Shown: positions 42,185 through 53,437, counted from the whole stretch's first letter. The stretch: DNA of 63,539 nt, filler included, from Gonapodya sp. JEL0774 (GCA_027604505.1; 31 parts of 31 records of this genome joined end to end with filler, not necessarily neighbours in it); one strand, 5' to 3'. Made by a program: numbers and translations. The notes: generated from the sequence alone by a model not told the origin.

Positions 42185-43120
42185 TCATGGATCCTCGAGC
42201 TCGTCTACCTCAGACATATACTCGTTCTCGCTAGCGGCTGATTCCTCTTCACCACTTTCAACGGTCTCAGCAGTCTCATCGTCCTCGCTACCATTAGCGT
42301 CTGAACCATCTTCCGGTCCACTTTCGCCTTCCTCACTAGACGATTGAATCTCTTCGTCGCTGCCGTTTTCTGACAATTCTTCGAGAACCTCCCCCTTGGT
42401 GCTGGATCTGGATCTCGTTGTTGGTCCGGGGCCGGCCCGCATAGCTGAAGCACCGTCACTGGGCGCCTCGTAGTCGTCGTCGTCTTCCTCATCGCTACTC
42501 TCTCCCTCACCGAGTTCATGCAGCCCTTGTGGATTCCCATCCACCGCGGCAGCAGCAGCGGCCTCTGAGCGATCAAGCATCACGCCATTCGAGAGGGTTC
42601 CCCAATCAGTCTTGTGAGCCCTCACGTAGGACATGATCCCTGTCAGTTTCGTGGTCAAGTCATAGAGCTCATGACCCCGCAGATGAACAGAGGAAGAGTT
42701 ACCTTCATATTCTTCGTGATCAATCATGGAAAACTGAAGCTTGGTGGGCTTGCCATCATTAGAAGGCTTGGGTAGATATCCGGGTGTTACACCCGACGAT
42801 GAACGAAGGGTGAGATCAAGATTGAAAGTTCGGGAGGTCTATCAAATTTGAGAGTAGTGTGTTTTATGGCTTGACGCTGTGATCGGTGGAAATATGATTG
42901 AATCACTCACAATAGACGACAGTTGCATACTACTGATCTAGAGCGTTTGAGGGCACGTCAGAGCATTTCTCAAACAGAGGTCGTCACCAACTCACATCCT
43001 CAAGAGGAAGAAACAAGAATGGCTTCCGCATTCCCACGAAGATTCCTTCCGCGAGAGGGAAGAGAAATGCATCTTTGGCGCCTTGATACACCTGTGCGAA
43101 GAACTTGGGACCCCGGGACT
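42185..43120 (-). CDS. Rtt106/SSRP1-type PH-domain histone chaperone with acidic tail, 3' part
   Basis: SRTFNLDL...LQFSMIDHEEY followed by a long Asp/Glu-rich C-terminus. Confidence 0.65.
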
Positions 43121-43220
43121 NNNNNNNNNNNNNNNNNNNNNNNNNNNNNNNNNNNNNNNNNNNNTTAATTAATTAANNNNNNNNNNNNNNNNNNNNNNNN
43201 NNNNNNNNNNNNNNNNNNNN

Positions 43221-45165
43221 CGGCCTTGGTGGACTCAGTTTATTATTCAAGCTTGTTCTCCCTCAAACTTCAGAGTCTACGGCCGTGGAAGAAGAAGTCA
43301 CCCACCTCGAAATAGAAGGAGGCCGCAAGTGGATGACTCCACCGTGCCCCCTGGTGGTGATCTTGCAGCAACAGAGTATGTTACAGGTTGAAGGACCTGT
43401 GAACTTGATGGCCACATACATCCTGGATGCCTTTTTTTCTTCCCATGTACAGAGAAAACGCCACTATTGTGCTGGAGGATGTTGGACCCAGGAGTTTCAG
43501 GTTAGCAAATTATTTTTTTTCCGCACCAGCGTATGGCACGAATCACGATCAACTGAATGCAGGGCGACAAGAAGCACAATCAGTACCGCCGAGGGCAAAG
43601 GCACCTCTTCCACTTCAAGAATGGATCTGCTGCCAACCCTGGTCAGGTATAAAAACATAGACCTCAGCTCTGGGGATGTTGATCGGCTGAACCCTACTGA
43701 GTGGCTCAATGACAACATCATCCAATTCTACCTTTTGTAAGTGACGGCCCGGCAGTCAGTGTCTTTGAGTCACCATTACCCCCTTGCCTTGGTGTGTTTG
43801 ATTAGTATCTCTCTACGCAGCTACCTTCAAGAGCACCTGCCAGAGGAGGGCAGGGTGCCTGCTGAAGAAATTTTTATATTTTCTACCTTTTTCTACCCCA
43901 AGCTGAGCTCCGGGCAACACCTTAACCCTCAACAACGGTATACGAGAGCCAAGAGTTTCAGTAGCCGGGTGGACGTTTTCCAGAAAACCATCGTGGTTAT
44001 CCCAGTCAACGCAGGGTTCGTAGATGATCAATCATACCGATATCAGACTCCCTGTTCTCTCTCATCCTCCACCTGACCTCCGTTGTGTTCTCTCTCTCAT
44101 TTTCGATCGATCTACGTCAACTTGTGTTCTCTCCCATTTTAGATCAATCTACGTCAACTTGTGTTCTCTCCCATTTTCGATCGATCTACGTCAACTTGTC
44201 TTCTCTCCCATGGTCAACTGATCTACGTCAACTTTTGACCTCTCTCAATGTGGCACAATCCTTGCGCCTTCTGCTTTTTGTCTCATCCCCAGGCAATTGC
44301 ATTGGTTCTGTATAATCATATTTAACCCTGGTGCAATGTTAGTTTCATCTTCCTCCTCCTCCACCTCATCCGACATGGACTCCTCTGTGTACGTAAACCG
44401 GCAACGTCGTCTGTGTCTGCGCGGGTAGCTGTCTGAGCACCCTTTTCTTCCCTTACCAGCTCTTACGTGGTCGCCTTTGACTCAATAGGCTCGGACAGAG
44501 CAGCGGACCTGCAACTAGTCGTAAGGCAAGTCTTGATCTTTTCACGGCCATGGGAACCCTATCACTTGCTCCAACTGGGGTCCGGGTCATTGTCCTCTTG
44601 ACAACTTTCCTCCATGTTATTGCGCTTGATCGTGCTTGCAGCTACCTCATGGAGGAGGCTGCGGCGACTAATCGGACCTTGCGGACCCCAGCCAATGTTC
44701 AGCAAATGACAGCTAGGGTGGGTAGCAGAGTCACGTTTGTTCCTCCGCTCACCTCCCATTCACATGAGGTCTTCTATCTTCACTCTCGACTGTGGGTTTT
44801 CTTTTTTTTTTTTTTTTTTTTTGTGTGTGTGAATATTTCAGGGCATCCCTTTGCAACAGAACGATTACGACTGTGGGGTGAGTGGATCAGGCTCGGTATT
44901 ATCTCCCATAACTGACGGCAAAAGGCTCCATATTAACTCCCATAACCGACGGTAAAATTCTCCGCGGCGCATTTGATCTTCTCCTTCCCGTTCACTACGT
45001 GGCCTGCATCACCAATTTCGGCGTTTTCTGTTTCTCTCATCTGCACAGGTTTTTGTGAGTTTGCATTCCTTGATTTAACCATATAACATGCCCCGAACCT
45101 TTTGTAACATGCTTCAACAGCTCTTGAAGTACTGTGAGATGGTGTTCAAGGACTGGAGGAAGTCA
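43221..45165 (+). CDS. Ulp1/SENP-family (peptidase C48) SUMO protease, multi-exon
   Basis: RLNPTEWLNDNIIQFYL, IFSTFFYPKL, IVVIPVN, HW, FDS, QQNDYDCG (H-D-C triad present). Confidence 0.88.
44083..44235. repeat. Intronic minisatellite, about 4 x 37 bp
   Basis: Unit TTGTGTTCTCTCCCATTTTCGATCGATCTACGTCAAC with variants. Confidence 0.9.
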
Positions 45166-45265
45166 NNNNNNNNNNNNNNNNNNNNNNNNNNNNNNNNNNN
45201 NNNNNNNNNTTAATTAATTAANNNNNNNNNNNNNNNNNNNNNNNNNNNNNNNNNNNNNNNNNNNN

Positions 45266-46097
45266 ACTCCCCGTCGTGGCAACGACGTGACATCTCTCCT
45301 CCACTGCTCACATAAATGTACTGTCGGTTGCTCTTGTGCGCAGCCTTTTTGAAGAAGCAGTTATGCTCGTTCGTCGATATGGAGTACCCTGCGCCATCAC
45401 CCAACCATTTCGTCCCACCGACGGACGTAGGCATGATCGCAAGGTGCTGTGCAATAAAATCCTTGACAATGTCGGGCGTTGCAACAGTGTCCGGTCCATC
45501 CAACTGCACGTATGCCTGCTGATTAACACTGCGTTTGGCAGCTCCCAAAACCTTTCCCCCGCTTTCCCGTAGAGCCTGTGCCAGCCAAGGAGGCATATCA
45601 CAAGGCTCGCGATCCCACGGAGACTTACCATCAAGCCAGGCGTACCGACGCAACTCCGCTTCTCCGGGAACCTCAAACGAGCTTGGTGCTGCGATGATCA
45701 TCCCTCCCTGGTTACGCACGTCTGCGCAACCCCCCAGCAGGGCAGATGTCGACTTCAAATCAGCGAATTCAACGTTGTGGCGGAAGTAGAAGTGAAGACC
45801 GCCGCGCTGAGACCGCGCTGTCACGGTTTCAGGAGCTTCCCTCCCCTTCTCTTCAAGAAAGCGTTGCCATCCGTCGACATCGTCAATATCCAGGACGATT
45901 ATCCCAGATGCAGAGCCAGTCTGAATGGCGATGGCCGTCCTTGGAGGGAGGGCCTTGGCTGCTTCTACATCGAGATTCTGCCATCCCTTTGGCGCCTGCA
46001 GCTCCTTCTTCTCGCGCTCTGCATTCCACGTGAGCGAGATAGGGAAGGCAATCCAACCCAGTTCCCAGTACTTGGCGAGTTGTTCTTTGACAGTCAT
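45266..46097 (-). CDS. Bifunctional DNA primase/polymerase (Prim-Pol, AEP superfamily), intronless, 3' truncated
   Basis: LGWIAFPI, PKGWQ, IAIQTGSASGIIVLDID, TVTARSQRGGLHFYF, DVRNQGGMIIAAPS, YAW, MPPWL; then C-x6-H...RCH zinc-binding-like segment. Confidence 0.88.
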
Positions 46098-46141
46098 TAG
46101 TCGTTCCGGATAGGACTTAACACCTCTAGTATAAGAGCCTT

Positions 46142-46270
46142 TGAAAAGTTTCAAAATCTTCATCCCATCCCCATCCTGAATGAGTTTCAGAATCTCCATC
46201 CCATCCCATCCCCATCCCGAACGATCATCCCATCCACATCCCATCCCGAACGATCATCCCATCCCCATCC
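46142..46270. repeat. CATCCC-rich short direct repeats just upstream of the prim-pol ATG
   Basis: About 12 CATCC(C) units, 2x CATCCCGAACGATCATCCCATCC and 2x AGTTTCARAATCTYCATCCCATCCC. Confidence 0.9.
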
Positions 46271-46564
46271 TCAAGTGTTGCGCTGAGCTGCGCGGCCAAT
46301 ACAGTGCTTTGCATGTCAATAGAGGGTGCCGCTTTTGATTAGACGATGGTGGCTGCGTCGGGGCAGAAAGTGACAGAAAAGAAAAGTGGCGGTCAGGAAG
46401 AGTGGTGGTTTTCGGTTCATTGTCCTCCGCCGTAAGAAACAAAAATCTGCTCAATCCAACCGAAGACCTATTTCTGGAAGCTCTTACCCCACTTTGTATT
46501 GCCTTGATTTGCAACACGGTGTCTCACACTGCAGGTTGGTTGTTTTTTGCAGGCAGAGATATTT

Positions 46565-47116
46565 CTGTGGAGTATATTTATCAAAAATGGAGTAGTAGAA
46601 TCGTCAAATGGAGCAAAAATGTTGAAAAAGGGAGCACTGGTAATCCATAATTAGCTGTTTTTGATATAGATGGAGTAAGTAATACTCCTATTCTCACAAA
46701 GTGTTCTTCTGAAGAAAGAAAGCATTGAAAAAAACACTACGATAAATTCTACCAGACTGTCTGGCAAAACAACTTTTCCGCAAAAGGAGTACTATGTACT
46801 CCACCCCTTATAAAACTGGTCAAATCGACAAAACGAATACTCCTTTCTATTCAATGATTGCTCCACCAAATGAAATAAAGTGCTCCAAATATTCATCCAT
46901 CCACTCCATAAAAGGCGCTTCTGACTATGCTCTGCTCCTTTTTTTGCAGAAACTCTCTCACTACCGGCATCCCAGTAGAAATTCATAGTTTCCCTCCCCC
47001 CACCTTTTCATTTTATGGAAAATAGGAGTAGTAGTTGCTCCACTTCAGTACAATGCAGGCGATTCTACTACACTATCAAGTACATATTGCTCCCAGTCAT
47101 GCCCCATTTTGCTCCG
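46565..47116. repeat. AT-rich region with clustered GGAG(T/C)A motifs in a loose foldback arrangement
   Basis: About 15 motifs, mostly forward on the left and reverse on the right; perfect 12-bp inverted repeat at 46592-46603 / 47060-47071. Confidence 0.65.
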
Positions 47117-47928
47117 CGTCTACTTCAAGTGGGGTCACGCGATTGACACAAAGCGTCCATCCTGCATAGCCAGGCATTCTCCCCTTCCCAAAACGTCTTA
47201 TATTCGACGCNNNNNNNNNNNNNNNNNNNNNNNNNNNNNNNNNNNNNNNNNNNNTTAATTAATTAANNNNNNNNNNNNNNNNNNNNNNNNNNNNNNNNNN
47301 NNNNNNNNNNCAAGATGGTGGGGGCTGTGAGGAAGAGGTTCGTGAAGGGGGATGGGGGTGTGGGGAACGAGGGGAATGAGGGGGAAGGGGTTGAAGGGGA
47401 GCGTGGCGAGGGCAAGGGGAAGGCGGATGGGAAAGGGAGAGCGAACGGACAAGTGAAGGAGGAGTGAAGAGTCCTGCAGGGGTGTCGCCGGTCCAGTGGG
47501 GTGTGGAATGTCGAATGGATGCGGACTGTGAGCGTAAGTCTATTCTTTGTATGTATTTGAAGCCGGCACGTGAATGGGGGTATCTGAAGGTGGGGTGAGA
47601 CTGGCGCCACAGCGAGACTTGGATCAACAGACTCTGGGCATGATGATGGGATAGGAATAGACACAGTTACAGACAGACACACAATAAATGCCGTTCATAA
47701 CAAGTAGGGTGAATGTGATTGATCCGTGTGGGGTGTTGTGAATATGAAATCGAACAGAGTTAACCTAACCCGATCGATCCCACGGCCTTGGTATCCACAG
47801 GGATCCGGAAAGGGGGAAAGGACAAAAGGAATCGAATCCTGCACCAACAAATCCGAACACGGTTTCCGCCTTTTCCGACCGACGCAGACGCAGACGCGGA
47901 CTCGCCCGAGCCAACATCGCCATAGAAT

Positions 47929-49253
47929 ATGCCCCTTCAGTCGTCGCTGTCTCCCATGACGTCACTTGACCCCGTGTCATGGTCGTGGCTTCTTCCCTCC
48001 TCCCGTTCCCTCGCTCCACTCTCCCACCTGCTGTCCTCCCTGCTGAGGCCCCTCGCATCTCTCTCTTCCTCTCTTCCCGCTCTCGTTCCGCAATCACTGC
48101 GCCTCAACGCTCTCCCGCCTCACCTGCCCGCTCTTCTTCTCTCCTTCTCTGCTGCCGTCCTCATCAGAACCGTCGTCGCTCCCGCTCTCTCCACATCCAC
48201 CAATCTGCTGCGCACTGGTGTCGATGTCTCAAAGTACTACAACAAACTCGACACCAGACAGAAAAAAGACTGGCTGTCTCGGTTCCCCTCTCAGGTCTTC
48301 GCTCTGTACGTCGTCACTCTTTGTCTCCTGTCTCCCCCTCCATCCCCGCTTACGCCCCTCGTTCTCTCCATCTCCCACTACTACCTCCAAACAGAGTCAT
48401 CGTCCCTTACGTTATTCCCCTTTTCTATGACTCCCAGCTCGCGAGTGACATGGTCTATGGGTACAGTCATAGGGCTGGAAACGCAGCCGCCTTGGCCGTC
48501 GGGTGAGTGCTTTCTTCCTGGGGTGTTTGAAGTGTGGGTGTGAGGATGAGAAAGATATGGATTGCGACATGGGGTGAGATGGACCGGGTTGGATGGGATG
48601 GCGGAAGGAACAGACGGAATGATGGAGCAAAGAACCACCTCGACAGAGTACAATTGTCCGACTCCATGATCCCCTTCCTTCCCTCAATCACCCCTCTCCC
48701 ACCCCCCCAGCTACTTCCTCTACGACACCATCCTCACCTTCACCGAGCTCCACCACTCGGGTCCCACCTTCCTCCTCCACGCCGTCATGTCCCTCGTCAT
48801 CTTCTCCGCCGGATTGAAACCGTTCTTGTTGCCGTGGGTGCCTTACGTGTTGGTGTGGGAGGCGTCGGTGGGTACCTGTTCGGTTGGGTGGGGGAAGAGT
48901 GGGGTCCGGCGAGGCGTCGAGGGGTCGGAGGCGAGAGCTGGAAAGAAAGTACCCGGCTATGGGGAGTAGGGAGGAGCCTGGTGTCGGACGTAAAAAGTGT
49001 GCGTGACAGATCATGGTGTGTGGAAGAAGGTGGTTGGCTCGACGTGAGGCATAACGAGAGGTGTACAGGGAGAAAGCGACACGTCGGGATGTATACACAC
49101 CCCGCACCACCTCTCACCAATCCGCCCCGCCCCCCAGACCCTCTTCCTCAACGTCAACTACTTCCTCGACAAGACTGGTCTCTCCGGATCCCCTTACCAA
49201 TTCGTCAACGCGGGGTTCTTGCTCGCGTCATTCGCGGGAATACGGGTCGTGTG
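47929..49253 (+). CDS. TLC (TRAM/LAG1/CLN8) domain membrane protein, TMEM56-like, 3' partial
   Basis: KDWLSRFPSQVFA, G|YFLYD, FLLHAV, WEAS|TLFLNVNYFLDK, FVNAGFLLASFAGIR. Confidence 0.85.
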
Positions 49254-49353
49254 NNNNNNNNNNNNNNNNNNNNNNNNNNNNNNNNNNNNNNNNNNNNTTA
49301 ATTAATTAANNNNNNNNNNNNNNNNNNNNNNNNNNNNNNNNNNNNNNNNNNNN

Positions 49354-51293
49354 GGTGATCACATGTGAGCCTTTCTCCTGCTTCTTCAGCTCAGTGAAGA
49401 AAAGTGAAACCTTGTCTGCACGAACACTGCACCGGTTGGAAAGGATATGCGTAAGGTCGGCTGGTCTTCGGGCGTCTAGAAGGACGAGGAGGACAATCAG
49501 CCGGAGCTGGAGCTGGAAGGGATTCACTTCGTCGTTGCTCAGTATAGGCGAAGAGGGATCTACGTTGAAACGATCAATGTAGGATAATACGTAGATCGGA
49601 TCAAACGTGTGCTCCATGTCAAACGCATTCCGACCGGGTACAACATTGGCGGTCACGCGCTGTAACTCCTTCAGCAGCGGGTGATCAACCAATGTGGCGG
49701 ATGACTTTGGGTCATAAAGAACGGTTGTGCAGAGGGCGGAGAGGTACTTTTGCTGCGTTGAGCGGCTCCAGCCGTCTGCTTTCTTCCCTGAACCTGCCTT
49801 CGTTAGGCGGTAGTCGTTGTAGACAAACCAACTAGGGACAGGTTCCTGATAGGGATCGAGACCGTTCTGTTCTGCGACCCGCTGTAGATCGTTGAAGCGA
49901 CCTGCAGTTGTCGCCTCTGACTTTGTCGCTCCGTGTGTTGCGAGTGACTGGGCAACGAGCGGAGGTACGCCTGCTGCTTCCCAACGTCGTTGCATAGCCT
50001 CCATGCGAGCATTTTTGCTGGGGGCGGAACGGAGAAGGGGCGGCTGGCTGAAGTCAGATCCTGGGGAAACGTCATCAGATGAGGAATCTCCGGGATCAGA
50101 CGGGGCGAGTCGATCGCAAGCCTGAGGAGTAGGGGCCACCAGGCTTGCGACGGCCACCACGGAGCGACGAGAGTCGCCGTACCCCCGTCCAAGATCAGCT
50201 TCTTCACTATCCGAGGGATGAGCACCCATGGGGGATTGATGAAGAGGTTGGACGGGGGCCCCCAATGGATCGAGAAGGCGTTCGGAGCGAGCGCTTCGGG
50301 ATCCGGGCCCCAGCTGCAGAAGGCTGGGATCTGGCGATTGAGGGCCGAGGCGAAGAGGTCGACGGAGTGAGGACCCCACAGTCTGTCGAGAGACTGGAAC
50401 ACGCGCGGGTGGAGTTTCCAGCCGTGAGTGTCTCTCTGGAGACGGGAGTCGTGATCCTGGAGATGACAAAGTCAGTCCAGGCGCGGGGGGAACCAGAGGC
50501 AGCACGGGTAGCAACTGCGTGCAGGGCTACACTTACCGCCAACGTGTTCAGCGATCCGGGGATGTGCTCCACGAACAGAGTCGCCCCGTGGGAGCGCACC
50601 CAATCCAGCATCTGACTGACCACCAGGGACAGTGCTGGGCTGCGCGACCGACCTTGCTTGGCCATGGTGTAGGCTGAAGCTGTGTTGTCGGTGAGCAGAA
50701 GGATCGTCTTCCCCTGCAGGGGAGTCTCGCGCGCGAAAGCCTTCAGTCCAAGGAAGGAGGAGATAGCCTCCAGGACTTGGATGTGGATGAACTCTGTCAG
50801 CGGTATGGATGGGTTGGCAAACCAGCCCCGAATGACTGCTGGAGTGAACAGAGTGTGAAGGTGCCGAATAAGGAGATCGGCTGTCCAGCGAGCTGAAGTT
50901 CGAATTAGCTGGTCTCCCTTTGACGTGGTCGTTGAAACGACGGGGAGCGCTGGCGCTGCGCGAAGGTTCGCTCCAGAACCCGTTTCCGAGGCGTCGGATG
51001 TGATCACCAAGTCTACCTTGGGCGGGAGGAAGCTGACGCCGTTCCACTGATGCAGGTGTTGTAAGAGCTCCTGCAGGGAGTGGCGAATGGCTGGGGATAT
51101 GACCAACAGCCTGTTCCAAGAGCCCTGGAAAGAGTTGTGTCGCTGCGACAGGATACGGTTGTAAGCCTGAAGCAGGGGCAGAGCTTGGAGCTGCGCGTAT
51201 GACAGGGCGTCGTGAGCGGACTGCAGTGTGCCCAGGATGGACGCCGCCTGCCGAAGCGGGATGGAGTCCTTCCTGATGGCCTGCTTGACCCTG
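49354..51293 (-). CDS. DIRS tyrosine recombinase ORF with a long low-complexity N-terminus overlapping pol; same intron; truncated at both ends
   Basis: YLSALCT...DHPLLKEL...FDP..VL...LIVLLVLLDARRPADL (YR box I Arg); frame open across the contig after splicing. Confidence 0.8.
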
Positions 51294-51295
51294 TG
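49803..51295 (-). CDS. DIRS pol: RT C-terminus, RNase H, DNA adenine methyltransferase; exons 51295-50537 and 50456-49803
   Basis: TSDASETG, HIQVLEA, LLTDN, HIPGSLNTLA|DHDSR, DLFAS, INPPW, APWWPSQAWW. Confidence 0.9.
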
Positions 51296-51395
51296 NNNNN
51301 NNNNNNNNNNNNNNNNNNNNNNNNNNNNNNNNNNNNNNNTTAATTAATTAANNNNNNNNNNNNNNNNNNNNNNNNNNNNNNNNNNNNNNNNNNNN

Positions 51396-53337
51396 TGTAG
51401 AAGGGCTGACTCACTTGATCTACCCACGAACACAAAAATCTGTTCAAAGTCGCCACTGCGTCTACCGCGCCTTCCCCTAAACTCTTCGGCCTACCATGTG
51501 CGGCATCCCCTCTTACCACGGCAGCGGTACTACTCCCGGATCGCCGATCGGATAAAGCCTGCGTCTGGGACCGGTCAGACTCAACTCCGCGGTACAGTGA
51601 GTCATAAGTACCACGGAAGCGCTCAGTGAGGTGAACTTGAAATACTTGAATGTCTGTACCGTGAAGCCCTCGTTTGGGAGCGAGGTCGTTCTACAAGTTG
51701 AGTGGCGATCGTGAGGTCATGAGAAGAAAGGTGGTCGAAAGATGGAATACACGCACCTCTTCTTTCCTCAGATTGTCGTTCATCCCCTTGGCATCCGTAT
51801 CTGCAAACGCATGAGGACTACGGCCGTGGACGTAGAATCCAGCGTAACGTTCTACCAGCACCAGCAGACTAATATTGGAGACCGAAAGAAGATCAACGAA
51901 GTGCAGAGGTTTATGCCGAATGAATCGATCGTAGATGAGGTACCGATATAGATACTGGATGGTGAAAGCAGAAAAGTATGGACGCTAGACGTTGTAGACG
52001 TGAACGTGCTCACCTGCGCTAGCAGCACTGCCCCAAAGATCCCCGCATCCACGCAGAATACTAGCATGGGATGTCTGAGGCCTCCTTGCATTTCCGCCCC
52101 ACTTGGTGCGGCCACCACCCATTTTTGACCACCTGCTCCGTAAATCACCAATGCATAAATCGCGATCGCCACATCTATCCGGGTCATGCGGTGCGTTTGT
52201 AGATCACACCATGCGTTTGCGGCGAGAACCGTACGCCAGAGCGATACGGGGGCGGGCTGAGGGAGTGTATCCGAACCGGCGGGATTCAGAAGGCGACCAC
52301 GAGGTTTCTCCCAATCCAAAAAGAAGATCGTTGCAGTACATTGCGGAATAAGCCGGTCGGCTATATGGATTGCCTGTCAGCGCAGTCCGTTCCGGAGTAC
52401 GCGGCAACGTCTGTTACTATCTGTCCAGTATCATCCCAAAACGCACATACCTCCATCGCTGCTGCCACCATAACTGCCAGACCGATTCCGGAAGCGTCTT
52501 GAGGGAGCCAAGGCAGCCACAGGTATGCTGTACCCTGTGCCTTGAAGAAGACAGTGAAATATGTCGAAATGGAAAAAATGAGAATCGAAAGCAACGGTCC
52601 AAGAACACCGCAAAGTAAGAGAATGGATCGGAATATTTGCTAGAAAAGATAGAATCGCAAGTAACTTATTCAGTTCATCTCCGAATGCGTGAACGCCCAG
52701 GCTTAACAAACCCTCAAGTCCATTGCAGCACCGCCCGCTCCGACAAAGTTCCTCTTGGTCCAACCATAGCTCTGATAAAACCAAAGACCCAGTGCAAGGA
52801 CACCGATCATTCCCACGGCCACGAAAAGCCCTTGCCAGAGAGCGTCGAGGGGTTGGGACGGAAGAGACGTAAAAGTTACCTTGCAGCGAGGGATTACGAA
52901 TACCATCAGAAGAGAGCAAAGCTCGAGTGTAGACTTCAGTCTCACAGTTGGGGTTGAGACCTCGGACCTCTCAGTCTCTTTCAGTGCTGCGACTTCCCGT
53001 TCGCCATATGTGATCTCCAGAACGGGCACCGTGATTCTACCATCCTCGCTGCTGGAGTTCATCCGCATGACCACTGTTTTAGGAAACCTCACATACTTCA
53101 GCACGCCGCTGGAGTCGATGCCGGAGGCAGTGTCAAGTGCGAAAAGTCGGCGGGTCAAAGTAAGCGAGGAACGATCTGGCGAGGAGTTGCTACCCGTGTT
53201 AAGAATGAGGAGAGGAACAGGGAGCAAAGTTGAATCGGACTGTAGAATGTCTGGATGCAGTGTCCGTAATTTAACATTCCACCGAGCAAGAGGTGTGCGC
53301 GATGATGTTCCTCACATAGATCATAAAAACGCATACC
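51396..53337 (-). CDS. TMEM67: Meckelin (transition-zone protein MKS3), internal fragment
   Basis: LTRRLFALDTASG, GRITVPVLEITY, FLDWEKPRG, VSLWRTVLAANAWCDLQT, YVHGRS. Confidence 0.88.
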
Positions 53338-53437
53338 NNNNNNNNNNNNNNNNNNNNNNNNNNNNNNNNNNNNNNNNNNNNTTAATTAATTAANNNNNNN
53401 NNNNNNNNNNNNNNNNNNNNNNNNNNNNNNNNNNNNN

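Larger units (their letters stand above)
49354..51295 (-). mobile_element. DIRS-type tyrosine-recombinase retrotransposon, internal fragment
   Basis: RT thumb/connection (RQAASILGTLQS), RNase H, N6-adenine MTase and overlapping YR frames all on one strand. Confidence 0.93.

Noticed and set aside
46098..46244. N-terminal MGCGWDDRSGWGWDG extension of the prim-pol ORF
   Set aside because: Largely a translation of the GGGATG repeats; the Prim-Pol domain begins just after ATG 46097.
45266..51295. Prim-pol, DIRS and Ulp1 as one composite element; ciliary genes as a cluster
   Set aside because: They lie on different contigs separated by linkers; adjacency is arbitrary.
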